From: Candidatus Heimdallarchaeota archaeon B3_Heim
GTDB lineage: Archaea > Asgardarchaeota > Heimdallarchaeia > Hodarchaeales > Hodarchaeaceae
Length of the DNA stretch: 32,000 bases
Direction: 5' to 3'
Assembly: GCA_003144275.1 (NCBI GenBank)
Contig: NJBF01000010.1
Span: forward strand, 60,001 to 92,000
The notes beneath the pieces were generated by a model. That model was not told the DNA's origin. It saw only the letters and a list, made by a program, of their open reading frames with translations, and made no database searches. Shown in pieces: positions 18,405 to 26,763 of the stretch (the stretch's first letter is position 1; each line of letters starts with the position of its first letter). The position numbers and the translations under genes are program-made.

Positions 18405-19751
18405 GTGTGTGGAATTAATTTGACCGATGATCCAACATTTAAAAAAATCCGAGGTATTCTTAAAGCTCATCATGAGTATTGGAATAATGCTATCCCCTTA
18501 ATTGCTTCAGAAAATTTAACAAGCCCTGCAGTAAGAGAAGTAGCGATTTCTGATTTAGCACATAGGTATGCAGAAGGATGGATAGGGGAACGAGTCTATC
18601 CAGGTAATGAATATTTCGATGATATGGAAGAACTAACTTTAAAACTCTTGAAACAACTATATAAGGCTCCTTTTATAGATGCCCGTCCTATATCAGGTGT
18701 TGTAGCCAACCTAACTGTCTATACTGCTTTTACAAAAGCTCACGATAAAATGATGGCAATTTCAATACCTGTAGGAGGGCATATCAGCTCTGGCCCTCTT
18801 TCTGCGAAGTCAGGTTCATTTATTGGAGGAACAGCAGGTGCCGTTTCAAGGTTAGATGTTGAATATATACCTTTTGATCGATATGGATTAAATATTGATG
18901 TTGATGCGGCAATAACAGCATTCCGTGAAAAAGAACCAAAGCTTGTTCAGTTTGGCGCAAGTGTTTTCCTCTTTCCTCATCCGCTTGAGGAACTTATTCC
19001 TGTTGCTCATGAAATAGGAGCTCATGTGAATTACGATGCAGCCCATGTAGCAGGATTGATAGCGGGAAAACAATTCCAAGACCCCATAAAGGAAGGAACA
19101 GATACAATGACCATGTCAACACATAAAACTTTTCCTGGTCCTCAGAAAGGAATTGTAATAGCATCTAAAGATGAACTTGCAGAAAGGATCAAATCTGCTG
19201 CATTTCCTGGAATGACATCAAATCATCATTTAATGCATGTGGCTGGTCTTGCGGTAGCAGCTGCGGAATTTTTAAAATATGGTGAAGCATATGCAAAGCA
19301 AATTATTCTTAACGCAAAGGCCTTAGGACAAGCACTATATGAGCGTGGATTTAAGGTAGTATGTCCTGATAAAGGGTTCACCGAATCACACACATTGTTA
19401 GTTGATATCACCAATTTCCAAGATGCAATCGGTTTGGGGGCGGATGTTGAACAAAGGTTAGAAAAGGCTCATATTGTTGCGAATAGAAATTTATTGCCTT
19501 GGGACATCTTAGAAAAACGTAATTATTTAAATCCCGGAGGGATTCGAATCGGATCTCAAGAAATTACTAGGCTTGGAATGAAAGAACCAGATATGATCAC
19601 AATTGCAGATTTCTTTAAGTCTGTAATTGTGGACAGAAAGGATCCGCTTATTGTTGCACAGGAAGTATCAGAATTCAGAAAAGAATTCCAGAATATTCAC
19701 TACGGATTTGAGACCACAATAAAGGCTTATGAATATATAAAAATAGTTTAG
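18405..19751 (+). CDS. glyA: Serine hydroxymethyltransferase (archaeal type)
   Basis: LIASEN..S, YAEG, GGHIS, YDAAHVAGLIAG, STHKTFPGPQ (PLP Lys), GGIRIG..E.TR.G. Confidence 0.97.
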   Translation: MCGINLTDDPTFKKIRGILKAHHEYWNNAIPLIASENLTSPAVREVAISDLAHRYAEGWIGERVYPGNEYFDDMEELTLKLLKQLYKAPFIDARPISGVVANLTVYTAFTKAHDKMMAISIPVGGHISSGPLSAKSGSFIGGTAGAVSRLDVEYIPFDRYGLNIDVDAAITAFREKEPKLVQFGASVFLFPHPLEELIPVAHEIGAHVNYDAAHVAGLIAGKQFQDPIKEGTDTMTMSTHKTFPGPQKGIVIASKDELAERIKSAAFPGMTSNHHLMHVAGLAVAAAEFLKYGEAYAKQIILNAKALGQALYERGFKVVCPDKGFTESHTLLVDITNFQDAIGLGADVEQRLEKAHIVANRNLLPWDILEKRNYLNPGGIRIGSQEITRLGMKEPDMITIADFFKSVIVDRKDPLIVAQEVSEFRKEFQNIHYGFETTIKAYEYIKIV

Positions 19752-19782
19752 AATGGTAAAACCTAATTTTTACCTTTCTTTT

Positions 19783-20109
19783 TTATTTCCAATCGTTGGT
19801 TGACAACCATTCCTCTACTGTTCCCCTGAGAATCTCCCATGGTTTGCTTGAATTAAGATTGAACGACTTTGCTTGTGCCCAATAACTTGACATTTTCCCT
19901 TCTGCTTCAGGATCCGCTTTATTCCTTTTTTGCCATCTTTGAATGACAACTATCCGTTTTTCCGCGTCATCAACAGATTGTACTAATAAAACGGCCGTCC
20001 ACCAACGTCCACGACGTGATATTGTTTTTCCTTTAATTAAATGATAATAATCAGAACGATAAGGGAAACTTTCTTTTGTTTTTTCATCTACCATTAGTAA
20101 CACTCCCAT
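19783..20109 (-). CDS. Small hypothetical protein, possibly PC4-like nucleic-acid-binding fold
   Basis: 108-aa basic, Trp-rich ORF (KTISRRGRWWTAVLLV, IQRWQKR, W.....F.+....W); convergent with glyA. Confidence 0.45.
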   Translation of the reverse strand: MGVLLMVDEKTKESFPYRSDYYHLIKGKTISRRGRWWTAVLLVQSVDDAEKRIVVIQRWQKRNKADPEAEGKMSSYWAQAKSFNLNSSKPWEILRGTVEEWLSTNDWK

Positions 20110-20252
20110 TTTGTCTACTTAGGGCACATTTAAAACCAAAATAAAAAACTGGCTAGTCATACACAATTCGGGATAGCTCTTAAGATATATTTTTAAGAGG
20201 TGTCATTCAATTATTCTAGCATGAGTGGCTGTAAGTTAGAGTTGGTGTTTTT

Positions 20253-21275
20253 TTGAGCGAGTACGAAAGCTATATTCATTATGGGCGATTGGTAGTCCTT
20301 TTACAGTTTATTTTGATCCCTATTTACTTCTATTTGTTATCTTTTATTTTTGTAGGGGGTGTAATCTGGTTTTTAAAAACCCCAGATCTAGTTTTTCTTT
20401 CCGATTTCATTGTTTACGGAATTGGACCTCTCGTAATGGCTGTGCCTTTCTTTTTTTGGACGTACGGAAAGAAATATCAAATTGGTGATGCATATGAAAC
20501 CTTTGGACGCGAAGTATGGCGTTTACCGACAACAATTAAAGCTTTTTATGGATTTAATTTTCTACTAGGCATTATTTTTTTGTTTCCGTTGCTGGTGCCT
20601 GTTGTTTCCTTATTTGGAGGGTATTTCATTGCAGTGTATCTTTTTGGGTGGCGAGAGGAAGATAAAAAAATTTCCAACCAAAGGAAGACGCGGCTACTAA
20701 CTCTATTATATTTTCCTTTACCATTGTTAGTTGTAATCGGATTTTATTTTGGATATGATCTATTAGGTACGCAATCAGGAATTTTTTCATTCTTCATCCA
20801 ACTTATTGAATACTGGACATCACAAGTTGACCTCTTATATACATCTGCACTCATTTTAGCTGATTCAGCAACAATCGGAGGGGCTATTTATTTGATATAT
20901 GAGGGAGCACAACAGGTTGATCGTGAGGTAGAAATTCCTGAAATTTTAATAACTCTAATTTCATTAGTTTGTTTTATAATACTGGAAACACTCTTTTTAT
21001 TCTTCTCCGATAGTTTTGAAGGATTTCTTGTATGGATTCATATTGTAGTCGTTATACTTGGAGTTTTATTACTCATAATCAGGTATTGGAAAGGATTGTT
21101 GACAAGTCGCGATACAAGTATCATTGGTTGGTTGACACTACTAATCTTTCAGCTTGTGAACTTTGCCACTGGAGCGTTAGAAACCATTAGCCGTTCTAGT
21201 GCAATTTTTATTGCATTTGCTATCTTCTTGTTCCTCTTTTGGGTGGCTTATCAACGTGCAGGAAAACGTTATTGA
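20253..21275 (+). CDS. Hypothetical polytopic membrane protein
   Basis: 340 aa, about 9 hydrophobic segments; no family recognised. Confidence 0.6.
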   Translation: MSEYESYIHYGRLVVLLQFILIPIYFYLLSFIFVGGVIWFLKTPDLVFLSDFIVYGIGPLVMAVPFFFWTYGKKYQIGDAYETFGREVWRLPTTIKAFYGFNFLLGIIFLFPLLVPVVSLFGGYFIAVYLFGWREEDKKISNQRKTRLLTLLYFPLPLLVVIGFYFGYDLLGTQSGIFSFFIQLIEYWTSQVDLLYTSALILADSATIGGAIYLIYEGAQQVDREVEIPEILITLISLVCFIILETLFLFFSDSFEGFLVWIHIVVVILGVLLLIIRYWKGLLTSRDTSIIGWLTLLIFQLVNFATGALETISRSSAIFIAFAIFLFLFWVAYQRAGKRY

Positions 21276-21320
21276 TGGAGGTAATTGTTTTATTAGCTCC
21301 TCAACCCCTTTGCTAGTAGT

Positions 21321-22352
21321 ATGAGCTCTCACCAGAAGATTCCCCCAACCCAACAATTCCAATTTCGTTTAACTATTGAAGAATGGATGGCTAATGAGTT
21401 TGAAAGAGTAACTTTACAGTACTCTGCATTGTTGGATGTCATTGAACAGGTTCGATTTTATGGTATTAATGGATTGATACAACTAGAGAATCAGAAAATC
21501 AGTCCCTTTTATTTTCATTTATCCGAAGAGCATGATGAAAAGTTTTTAATTATCATTTTCTCTATTCCTGTTTTTCAGTCTTTAGATTCGAATGCCCTAA
21601 CGACAGGGATGGAGTATTTCTCTGCTATTCTAAAAAATATCTTCTGTGAAAATAAATCAGTGTCAGAATCGGAAATAATGGCATTTAACGATATTAAAAA
21701 TCTGCCTTTAATTAGATCTCAGGATCAAGATATTATTCCTTATGAGGACTACGCAGAAAAAATTGAATTACAATTACGTATGAAAGTGCGAACTGGTATC
21801 CAGATCTTTCCTGTTGCTAAATTAATTGAAGATATTTCTACCAAATCTATGCAACATTTGAAAGAATTAAGAAAAGCTAAGGCAGCTCTTGTCACCATTC
21901 AATCAAATCTTCGAGAATATTCTGCCAGGATTGCCAACAAATATCGTATATCGGTCAAACCATACTTGTTTAGAACTGCATTAGAAAATCGATTTGAACC
22001 ATCTTTTATTTCAGTATTTTCTTTAGATGCAACAAGTCAAGTAAAAGATGATTTTTCCGTTCTAGTATTTACTACTGAGGTAATAAAGAGAATTAGTAAA
22101 AATGAACTGAAAATATTAATTGCTTATGAAATTATATATGATTTGTTAAAGGATAAATTCTCAAGGGGTTTAGTAGAACGAGAAATCTATCAAATTCTGT
22201 CAAATGGGAAAAAAAATGATCCGAATTTCTTCATTGTAAATGAACTGAAAAAATTTTTTACAGAGGAAGAAATTTCAAATGCTCAAAATGCAATTAAACA
22301 GACAATAGAGGATCTTCTAGAAGAAAAATATCCCATTATGAGACTTGATTGA
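21321..22352 (+). CDS. Hypothetical protein
   Basis: 343-aa ORF in apparent operon; no motif recognised. Confidence 0.6.
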   Translation: MSSHQKIPPTQQFQFRLTIEEWMANEFERVTLQYSALLDVIEQVRFYGINGLIQLENQKISPFYFHLSEEHDEKFLIIIFSIPVFQSLDSNALTTGMEYFSAILKNIFCENKSVSESEIMAFNDIKNLPLIRSQDQDIIPYEDYAEKIELQLRMKVRTGIQIFPVAKLIEDISTKSMQHLKELRKAKAALVTIQSNLREYSARIANKYRISVKPYLFRTALENRFEPSFISVFSLDATSQVKDDFSVLVFTTEVIKRISKNELKILIAYEIIYDLLKDKFSRGLVEREIYQILSNGKKNDPNFFIVNELKKFFTEEEISNAQNAIKQTIEDLLEEKYPIMRLD

Positions 22353-23022
22353 AGTCGAAAGTGAGATAATAGGTAGAGGAAAAAGAGTTATGTCAGATAT
22401 TCAACAATTAGAGCAAGAAATCCTTCAGGACGCACAAAATAATGCGGAAAACATACTAAAAAAAGCAAAGAAGGAAGCTGATGAGATATTAAGCCAAGCG
22501 AAAAGTAAAAATAAAGAGCTAATGCAAAAGATGGAGAAAGAACAACTCGAAAGACAAGAAATCGAAGTACAGCGGGAACTTTCACGAATTAGGATCAAGA
22601 ATAAAATTGAAATCGAGAATCTAAAAGAATCTCTTGTACAAGAGATATTTGATGATAGCATAAATAAAATCAAACAGATGCGCGAACAAAAAGACAAAAG
22701 ATACCTGAATGCTCTTTCTGATCTTATAATTTTAAGTGGAACGATCTTAGAAGGCGGAGAAATGAGTATCACTTTACACCCTAGTGATGCACAAACCATC
22801 GAAGAAAATTCCTTGGAAGCTGAAATCGCAAAAAAAACTGGAACCAGCACCAAAATCAATGTATCTTCCAAGGAGCAAGATCTTATAAATGGCGGTGTGA
22901 TTTTCCAAAAAGGATCTTTAATTGTTAATAACACTTTTAATGCTATTTTTGATCGGAGAAAAGAAGCAATAAGAAATAAATTGAATTCTGTCGTTTTCAA
23001 CAAGGGGAGTAAAGGAGAATAA
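22345..23022 (+). CDS. atpE: A/V-type ATP synthase subunit E-like protein
   Basis: N-terminal coiled coil I..DA...A..I...A...A..I; C-terminal GGVIF..G...+NNTF...F.R....+R..L...+F; likely true start ATG 22390. Confidence 0.75.
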   Translation: MIEVESEIIGRGKRVMSDIQQLEQEILQDAQNNAENILKKAKKEADEILSQAKSKNKELMQKMEKEQLERQEIEVQRELSRIRIKNKIEIENLKESLVQEIFDDSINKIKQMREQKDKRYLNALSDLIILSGTILEGGEMSITLHPSDAQTIEENSLEAEIAKKTGTSTKINVSSKEQDLINGGVIFQKGSLIVNNTFNAIFDRRKEAIRNKLNSVVFNKGSKGE

Positions 23023-23024
23023 AA

Positions 23025-23837
23025 GTGCATAAAAGATATAGACAGTATCAAAAAAAGAAAATTTCAGTCTTAACGACACAAAAAGATTCTCTTCATAGAG
23101 TATATGGATCGGTACGCCCCATGATACGTAAAATCATTCGACCAAGCATCATCGTGTTTGTGATAATGCTTTCTTTAGGTATTTTGCCTTCTACCCAGCC
23201 CAAGATGATTCAACTGCATATTGCAAAAGCACAATCCATATCTCCACTATTAGAAATTCAACAAGTGAATCTTGAAGTCGAAAAAAACGGCAAATATCAA
23301 CTTCTGGAAGAATTAGTACTTGACGAACCTACTACAGGTAAAGAAACATTGATACCACAGCTCGTTAATAACTCTAAACTTCGAGTCAATGCTTCCTATT
23401 CAACAATTATTGGAAATCCAGAATCAATTGTTATTCACATCTTTGCGGTAAAGGTATACGAAGTCCTAACAGGACAAAGTGCCAACCTCACATGGGACAG
23501 TCACATGGGACAATCAAGATACAGTGAAGATAATCCTGAAGAATTAATATTACCTCCGAATTCTTCGAAATCAGAAGTTATAATTATTCCATACCTTGCA
23601 TTACCGACATATGGGAATTATAAATTCGTATTTACTGTTCAATATCATGTTTATGGGGGAGAAACGGTAGCTACAGAAGTTTATTTTGCTAAAAATATGT
23701 CTTTCGAGTTCGTTGAGAGTTTACCCGAGCCTCCGTATATTTTGTACTTCCTTTTTTACAGTGTATTACTTGTTTTAATTGCATTTGTCACTTTGGGAGT
23801 ATATGGAACTCGTAAATATAAGGATTTAGAGATATAA
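23025..23837 (+). CDS. Hypothetical surface protein with signal peptide and C-terminal TM anchor
   Basis: Likely start ATG 23121 (MIRKIIRPSIIVFVIMLSLG); beta-rich middle; C-terminal hydrophobic helix followed by RKYK. Confidence 0.55.
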   Translation: MHKRYRQYQKKKISVLTTQKDSLHRVYGSVRPMIRKIIRPSIIVFVIMLSLGILPSTQPKMIQLHIAKAQSISPLLEIQQVNLEVEKNGKYQLLEELVLDEPTTGKETLIPQLVNNSKLRVNASYSTIIGNPESIVIHIFAVKVYEVLTGQSANLTWDSHMGQSRYSEDNPEELILPPNSSKSEVIIIPYLALPTYGNYKFVFTVQYHVYGGETVATEVYFAKNMSFEFVESLPEPPYILYFLFYSVLLVLIAFVTLGVYGTRKYKDLEI

Positions 23838-23841
23838 TTAT

Positions 23842-24738
23842 TTATTCTTGAGTCTTGACTTCAAATCCCAAAACTGGCGAATCTAAATATTTTTGATTAT
23901 AATCAGTAATTCTCATATTGATTAGCTGTAAAAATATTCGATTTCTATTATTTGCAACAAGTGAAAAAACCGCCAATGTCCCAGAATCTAACGATTCATG
24001 AAAGTATTCCGATTTTTCCACAAAATCTTGCGTATGACTCGTGGATGCGTTGTAAATTTTGACTTTGTAAGTAACTCGGAAGAATTGAGGGTGAGGCATT
24101 TTTAAGACGAGTTTTAACAGGAAAGGTTCGTCCAGATGGGCATGCGATGGGCCCTCTAATGATAACGTAATATCTTTCCACGATACTGTGTTTTCGGCTG
24201 TTAATTCTGGTAATATTTCCGGTATCTCGAATAGTTCTCGTGTGAGTTGCTCATGAACAGAAAGAAAGTCAAATTCTTCATTAAATAGATAATCAACGGT
24301 ATATGGATGAGATGTGTAAGAATCTACTCTGTAGATATTGAAACCTGGTGATTGAGAGTTAATCTTAGTTGGATCTAATACAAGTCCAAAGGATTGGGAA
24401 TGCATACTCTGATATGTTCGCTGGGTTTCTATATCTGTACCTGAAAAAAACAAGCCTAATCCAGGATGAGTGTGAGCCCAACCTACGATTACCTCTCCTT
24501 GGTCAATTCGTTCAAAAGAAATTAAAGAAAAAACCTTTTCATAATCACTTATATCTACAAAGACAGATGAACCGGCACCAATGGGGATAATATCAGTTAC
24601 AATTATCGATTCATCGTTAATTCGACCCAAGATTAATCCAATACATTCTCTCCAATAACGTGACCTTTCTAGAGGATTAGCATTCTCGAGTGCGAACTTT
24701 AGAAATTTTTTGTAGACTTCCTTTGGAATTTGGATCAT
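23842..24738 (-). CDS. JAB1/MPN/Mov34 (JAMM) metalloprotease, Rpn11/CSN5-like, with C-terminal extension
   Basis: E31 in ECIGLILG; VGWAHTHPGLGLFFSGTD matches HxHx7Sx2D (nt 24474-24433); LVLDP. Confidence 0.9.
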   Translation of the reverse strand: MIQIPKEVYKKFLKFALENANPLERSRYWRECIGLILGRINDESIIVTDIIPIGAGSSVFVDISDYEKVFSLISFERIDQGEVIVGWAHTHPGLGLFFSGTDIETQRTYQSMHSQSFGLVLDPTKINSQSPGFNIYRVDSYTSHPYTVDYLFNEEFDFLSVHEQLTRELFEIPEILPELTAENTVSWKDITLSLEGPSHAHLDEPFLLKLVLKMPHPQFFRVTYKVKIYNASTSHTQDFVEKSEYFHESLDSGTLAVFSLVANNRNRIFLQLINMRITDYNQKYLDSPVLGFEVKTQE

Positions 24739-24753
24739 ATAGGCATCCCAATG

Positions 24754-25533
24754 CTAGGAAAGAATTTTAATTGCGTGAATAAGGATTCCAGAGTAAACAA
24801 TTGAACGAAATTTAGGCCGCATTATATGTTTTTTTGGGTTAACATTGAAATCTCTACGAGTAATCTCAAATACTTGCTGTAATTCAAAAGCCGAATTTTG
24901 ATTGATTTTCTCAACAGTTTGTTCTACTTGTCCCCAATTAGGTACAAAGCAGATTAAATGCCCACCACCAATTAAAGTTGGAGCAATGGAATCAATTGCC
25001 TCGAAAGGGGTTGAAAAATCTAAAAAAAATGCATCAAGAAGTGGAACATTAAAAGATTCACGTATATCTTGAACTTGGAATGTAATGTTGTTTTGCAATC
25101 CAGTCATTTGGATATTTTGCTCTGCGTTGCGTAGATGCTTCTCGTTTACATCAAAAGAGTATACATGTCCATCAGGAGCTACTGCCCAAGCAAGAAATGT
25201 AGTTAAGGCCCCCGATCCAGTACCTGCTTCCCCAACGTTCATACCATTCCCTACTCCTGCTACGCTACAAGCTACAGCACAATCGTCCGCATACAATATT
25301 TGTGTTTTTAAGGTAAAAGAACGGAGGAAGTCTCTAGGTGAAGGTTTCAACAGCACTATTTGCCCCTTCGTTACTGAAATCACCTGTCCATATTTCAATC
25401 CGATAATCTTGTCATGATCTATTCGGCCAAGATGGGTTGATTTTTCTCCCTCGTTCTCTAGCCTGAAGATCCAAGATTTAGGTTTCCTCTCTGTGATTTC
25501 AACTGCTCTGACAATACACCCTTCTTTGAGCAT
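24754..25533 (-). CDS. trmI: tRNA (adenine-N1)-methyltransferase TrmI/Gcd14
   Basis: TH.G.I.H..IIG, LLKPS..D, TQILY..D, EAGTGSG.LT, G.VYSF+, D.FFLD...P. Confidence 0.92.
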   Translation of the reverse strand: MLKEGCIVRAVEITERKPKSWIFRLENEGEKSTHLGRIDHDKIIGLKYGQVISVTKGQIVLLKPSPRDFLRSFTLKTQILYADDCAVACSVAGVGNGMNVGEAGTGSGALTTFLAWAVAPDGHVYSFDVNEKHLRNAEQNIQMTGLQNNITFQVQDIRESFNVPLLDAFFLDFSTPFEAIDSIAPTLIGGGHLICFVPNWGQVEQTVEKINQNSAFELQQVFEITRRDFNVNPKKHIMRPKFRSIVYSGILIHAIKILS

Positions 25534-25542
25534 TTTATCCTC

Positions 25543-25929
25543 TCATGCTAAATTGGTAAAAATTGTGGGAGGTGATTTAAGATTGATAATTGGAATAAAT
25601 CGAATTAAACCAGTGTGGGCGTTTTCTAAGTCTTGCTCTTTTAGAAATTGAAGAAATGTAATTTGGTTAACAGATTTTTGTAAATCATATCGGACTAATG
25701 ATTGCCCTTCTTCTTCAAGCTCGGACTCTGTAGTAATAAAAAAGAGTACAGGTAATGCTCGGTAATCGAAATATCCAGGAAAAATAGCAAAAGAACTGTA
25801 AAAATATTTTTCTCCCTCTATCTTCCATTTAAAAATGGTAGAAGGTCTATCTGGACTAGAACTTGTAATTAAGCGTACAAGATCTACAAAGCTCGATAAT
25901 TCAATTCCATAGGCACTCGGTAATTCCAT
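25543..25929 (-). CDS. Hypothetical protein
   Basis: 128-aa ORF tightly packed in the minus-strand cluster (gaps of 9 and 14 bp). Confidence 0.55.
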   Translation of the reverse strand: MELPSAYGIELSSFVDLVRLITSSSPDRPSTIFKWKIEGEKYFYSSFAIFPGYFDYRALPVLFFITTESELEEEGQSLVRYDLQKSVNQITFLQFLKEQDLENAHTGLIRFIPIINLKSPPTIFTNLA

Positions 25930-25943
25930 TAATCTAACCCTCT

Positions 25944-26711
25944 CTAAGTGGTCCTCTTCAGCCCAAAGAAGTTAAGCAATTGCTCTATCTCTTCCTCTGA
26001 GTCAACAATTCGTTTGTTGAATCCACGTCGATATTCTTTCTCATTTAAAGTATCAATCATTATACTTACATTTCTTTTTCGAACAGGTGATAAATGCTGA
26101 TCATATAAAACGAAAAGAGTTTTCTTCTCGAGATCAGCAACGACGTAGGCATCCGATGGGATCATAACTGGGTCTATATGTTCTATCAATTTGTCTTTAG
26201 ATACACGATAGATTCGTATAGGATTTGTACTAATTAAAGCAGTTAAGCGGGAATCTATTTCTTTCATTTTATCTTGAATAAAGTCCTCCTCTGTCTTGAA
26301 TATATCAGGAGTAACATTCGATAGATATGAGAGAATAAGACCATGTGCATGTGATATAATACGTTTAAGCTGTCTCTTGAAAATAACACAGATAACTGAA
26401 GGCCTCTTATTCAGACGAGGATCTATTGTAAACATTGCATTAACAAAGAATGCATAAGCTAAACAAAGAAATTCTTCATTTGAAGGAACAGGTAATGGTC
26501 CAAAGATATCTCCGCTAATTTCTTCCCCGATTAGTGTCATTATACGGATTGACAGATTGAAGGCTTGATCTTCTGACACATGTTTTTCAGCGGAGTTGAA
26601 GATCACTTGAGGTCCTGCATCGGTGAAAATGCTTATTATTATTCCGACTACTGGACTCTCTGTTTTTACGGTCATCTTGAATCGCCGTTGATTAAATATT
26701 AGGATTCTCAC
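25944..26711 (-). CDS. Putative uDENN/longin-like + gelsolin-like domain protein
   Basis: IIISIFTDAGPQVIF resembles the NPRL2/AVL9-type N-terminal F....GP motif; C-terminal RIYRV...SDAYVV.D...LFV...S...R resembles a gelsolin repeat; likely start ATG 26675. Confidence 0.4.
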   Translation of the reverse strand: MRILIFNQRRFKMTVKTESPVVGIIISIFTDAGPQVIFNSAEKHVSEDQAFNLSIRIMTLIGEEISGDIFGPLPVPSNEEFLCLAYAFFVNAMFTIDPRLNKRPSVICVIFKRQLKRIISHAHGLILSYLSNVTPDIFKTEEDFIQDKMKEIDSRLTALISTNPIRIYRVSKDKLIEHIDPVMIPSDAYVVADLEKKTLFVLYDQHLSPVRKRNVSIMIDTLNEKEYRRGFNKRIVDSEEEIEQLLNFFGLKRTT

Positions 26712-26763
26712 TTAAAAATACAGCTAGACAATATCCTCAATCATCAGATTCAATTTTTATATG

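Noticed and set aside
22425-23051. 208-aa minus-strand ORF
   Set aside because: Antisense shadow of the ATPase E-like gene; the S/F/L/I-rich composition is typical of the reverse complement of a K/E-rich coiled coil.
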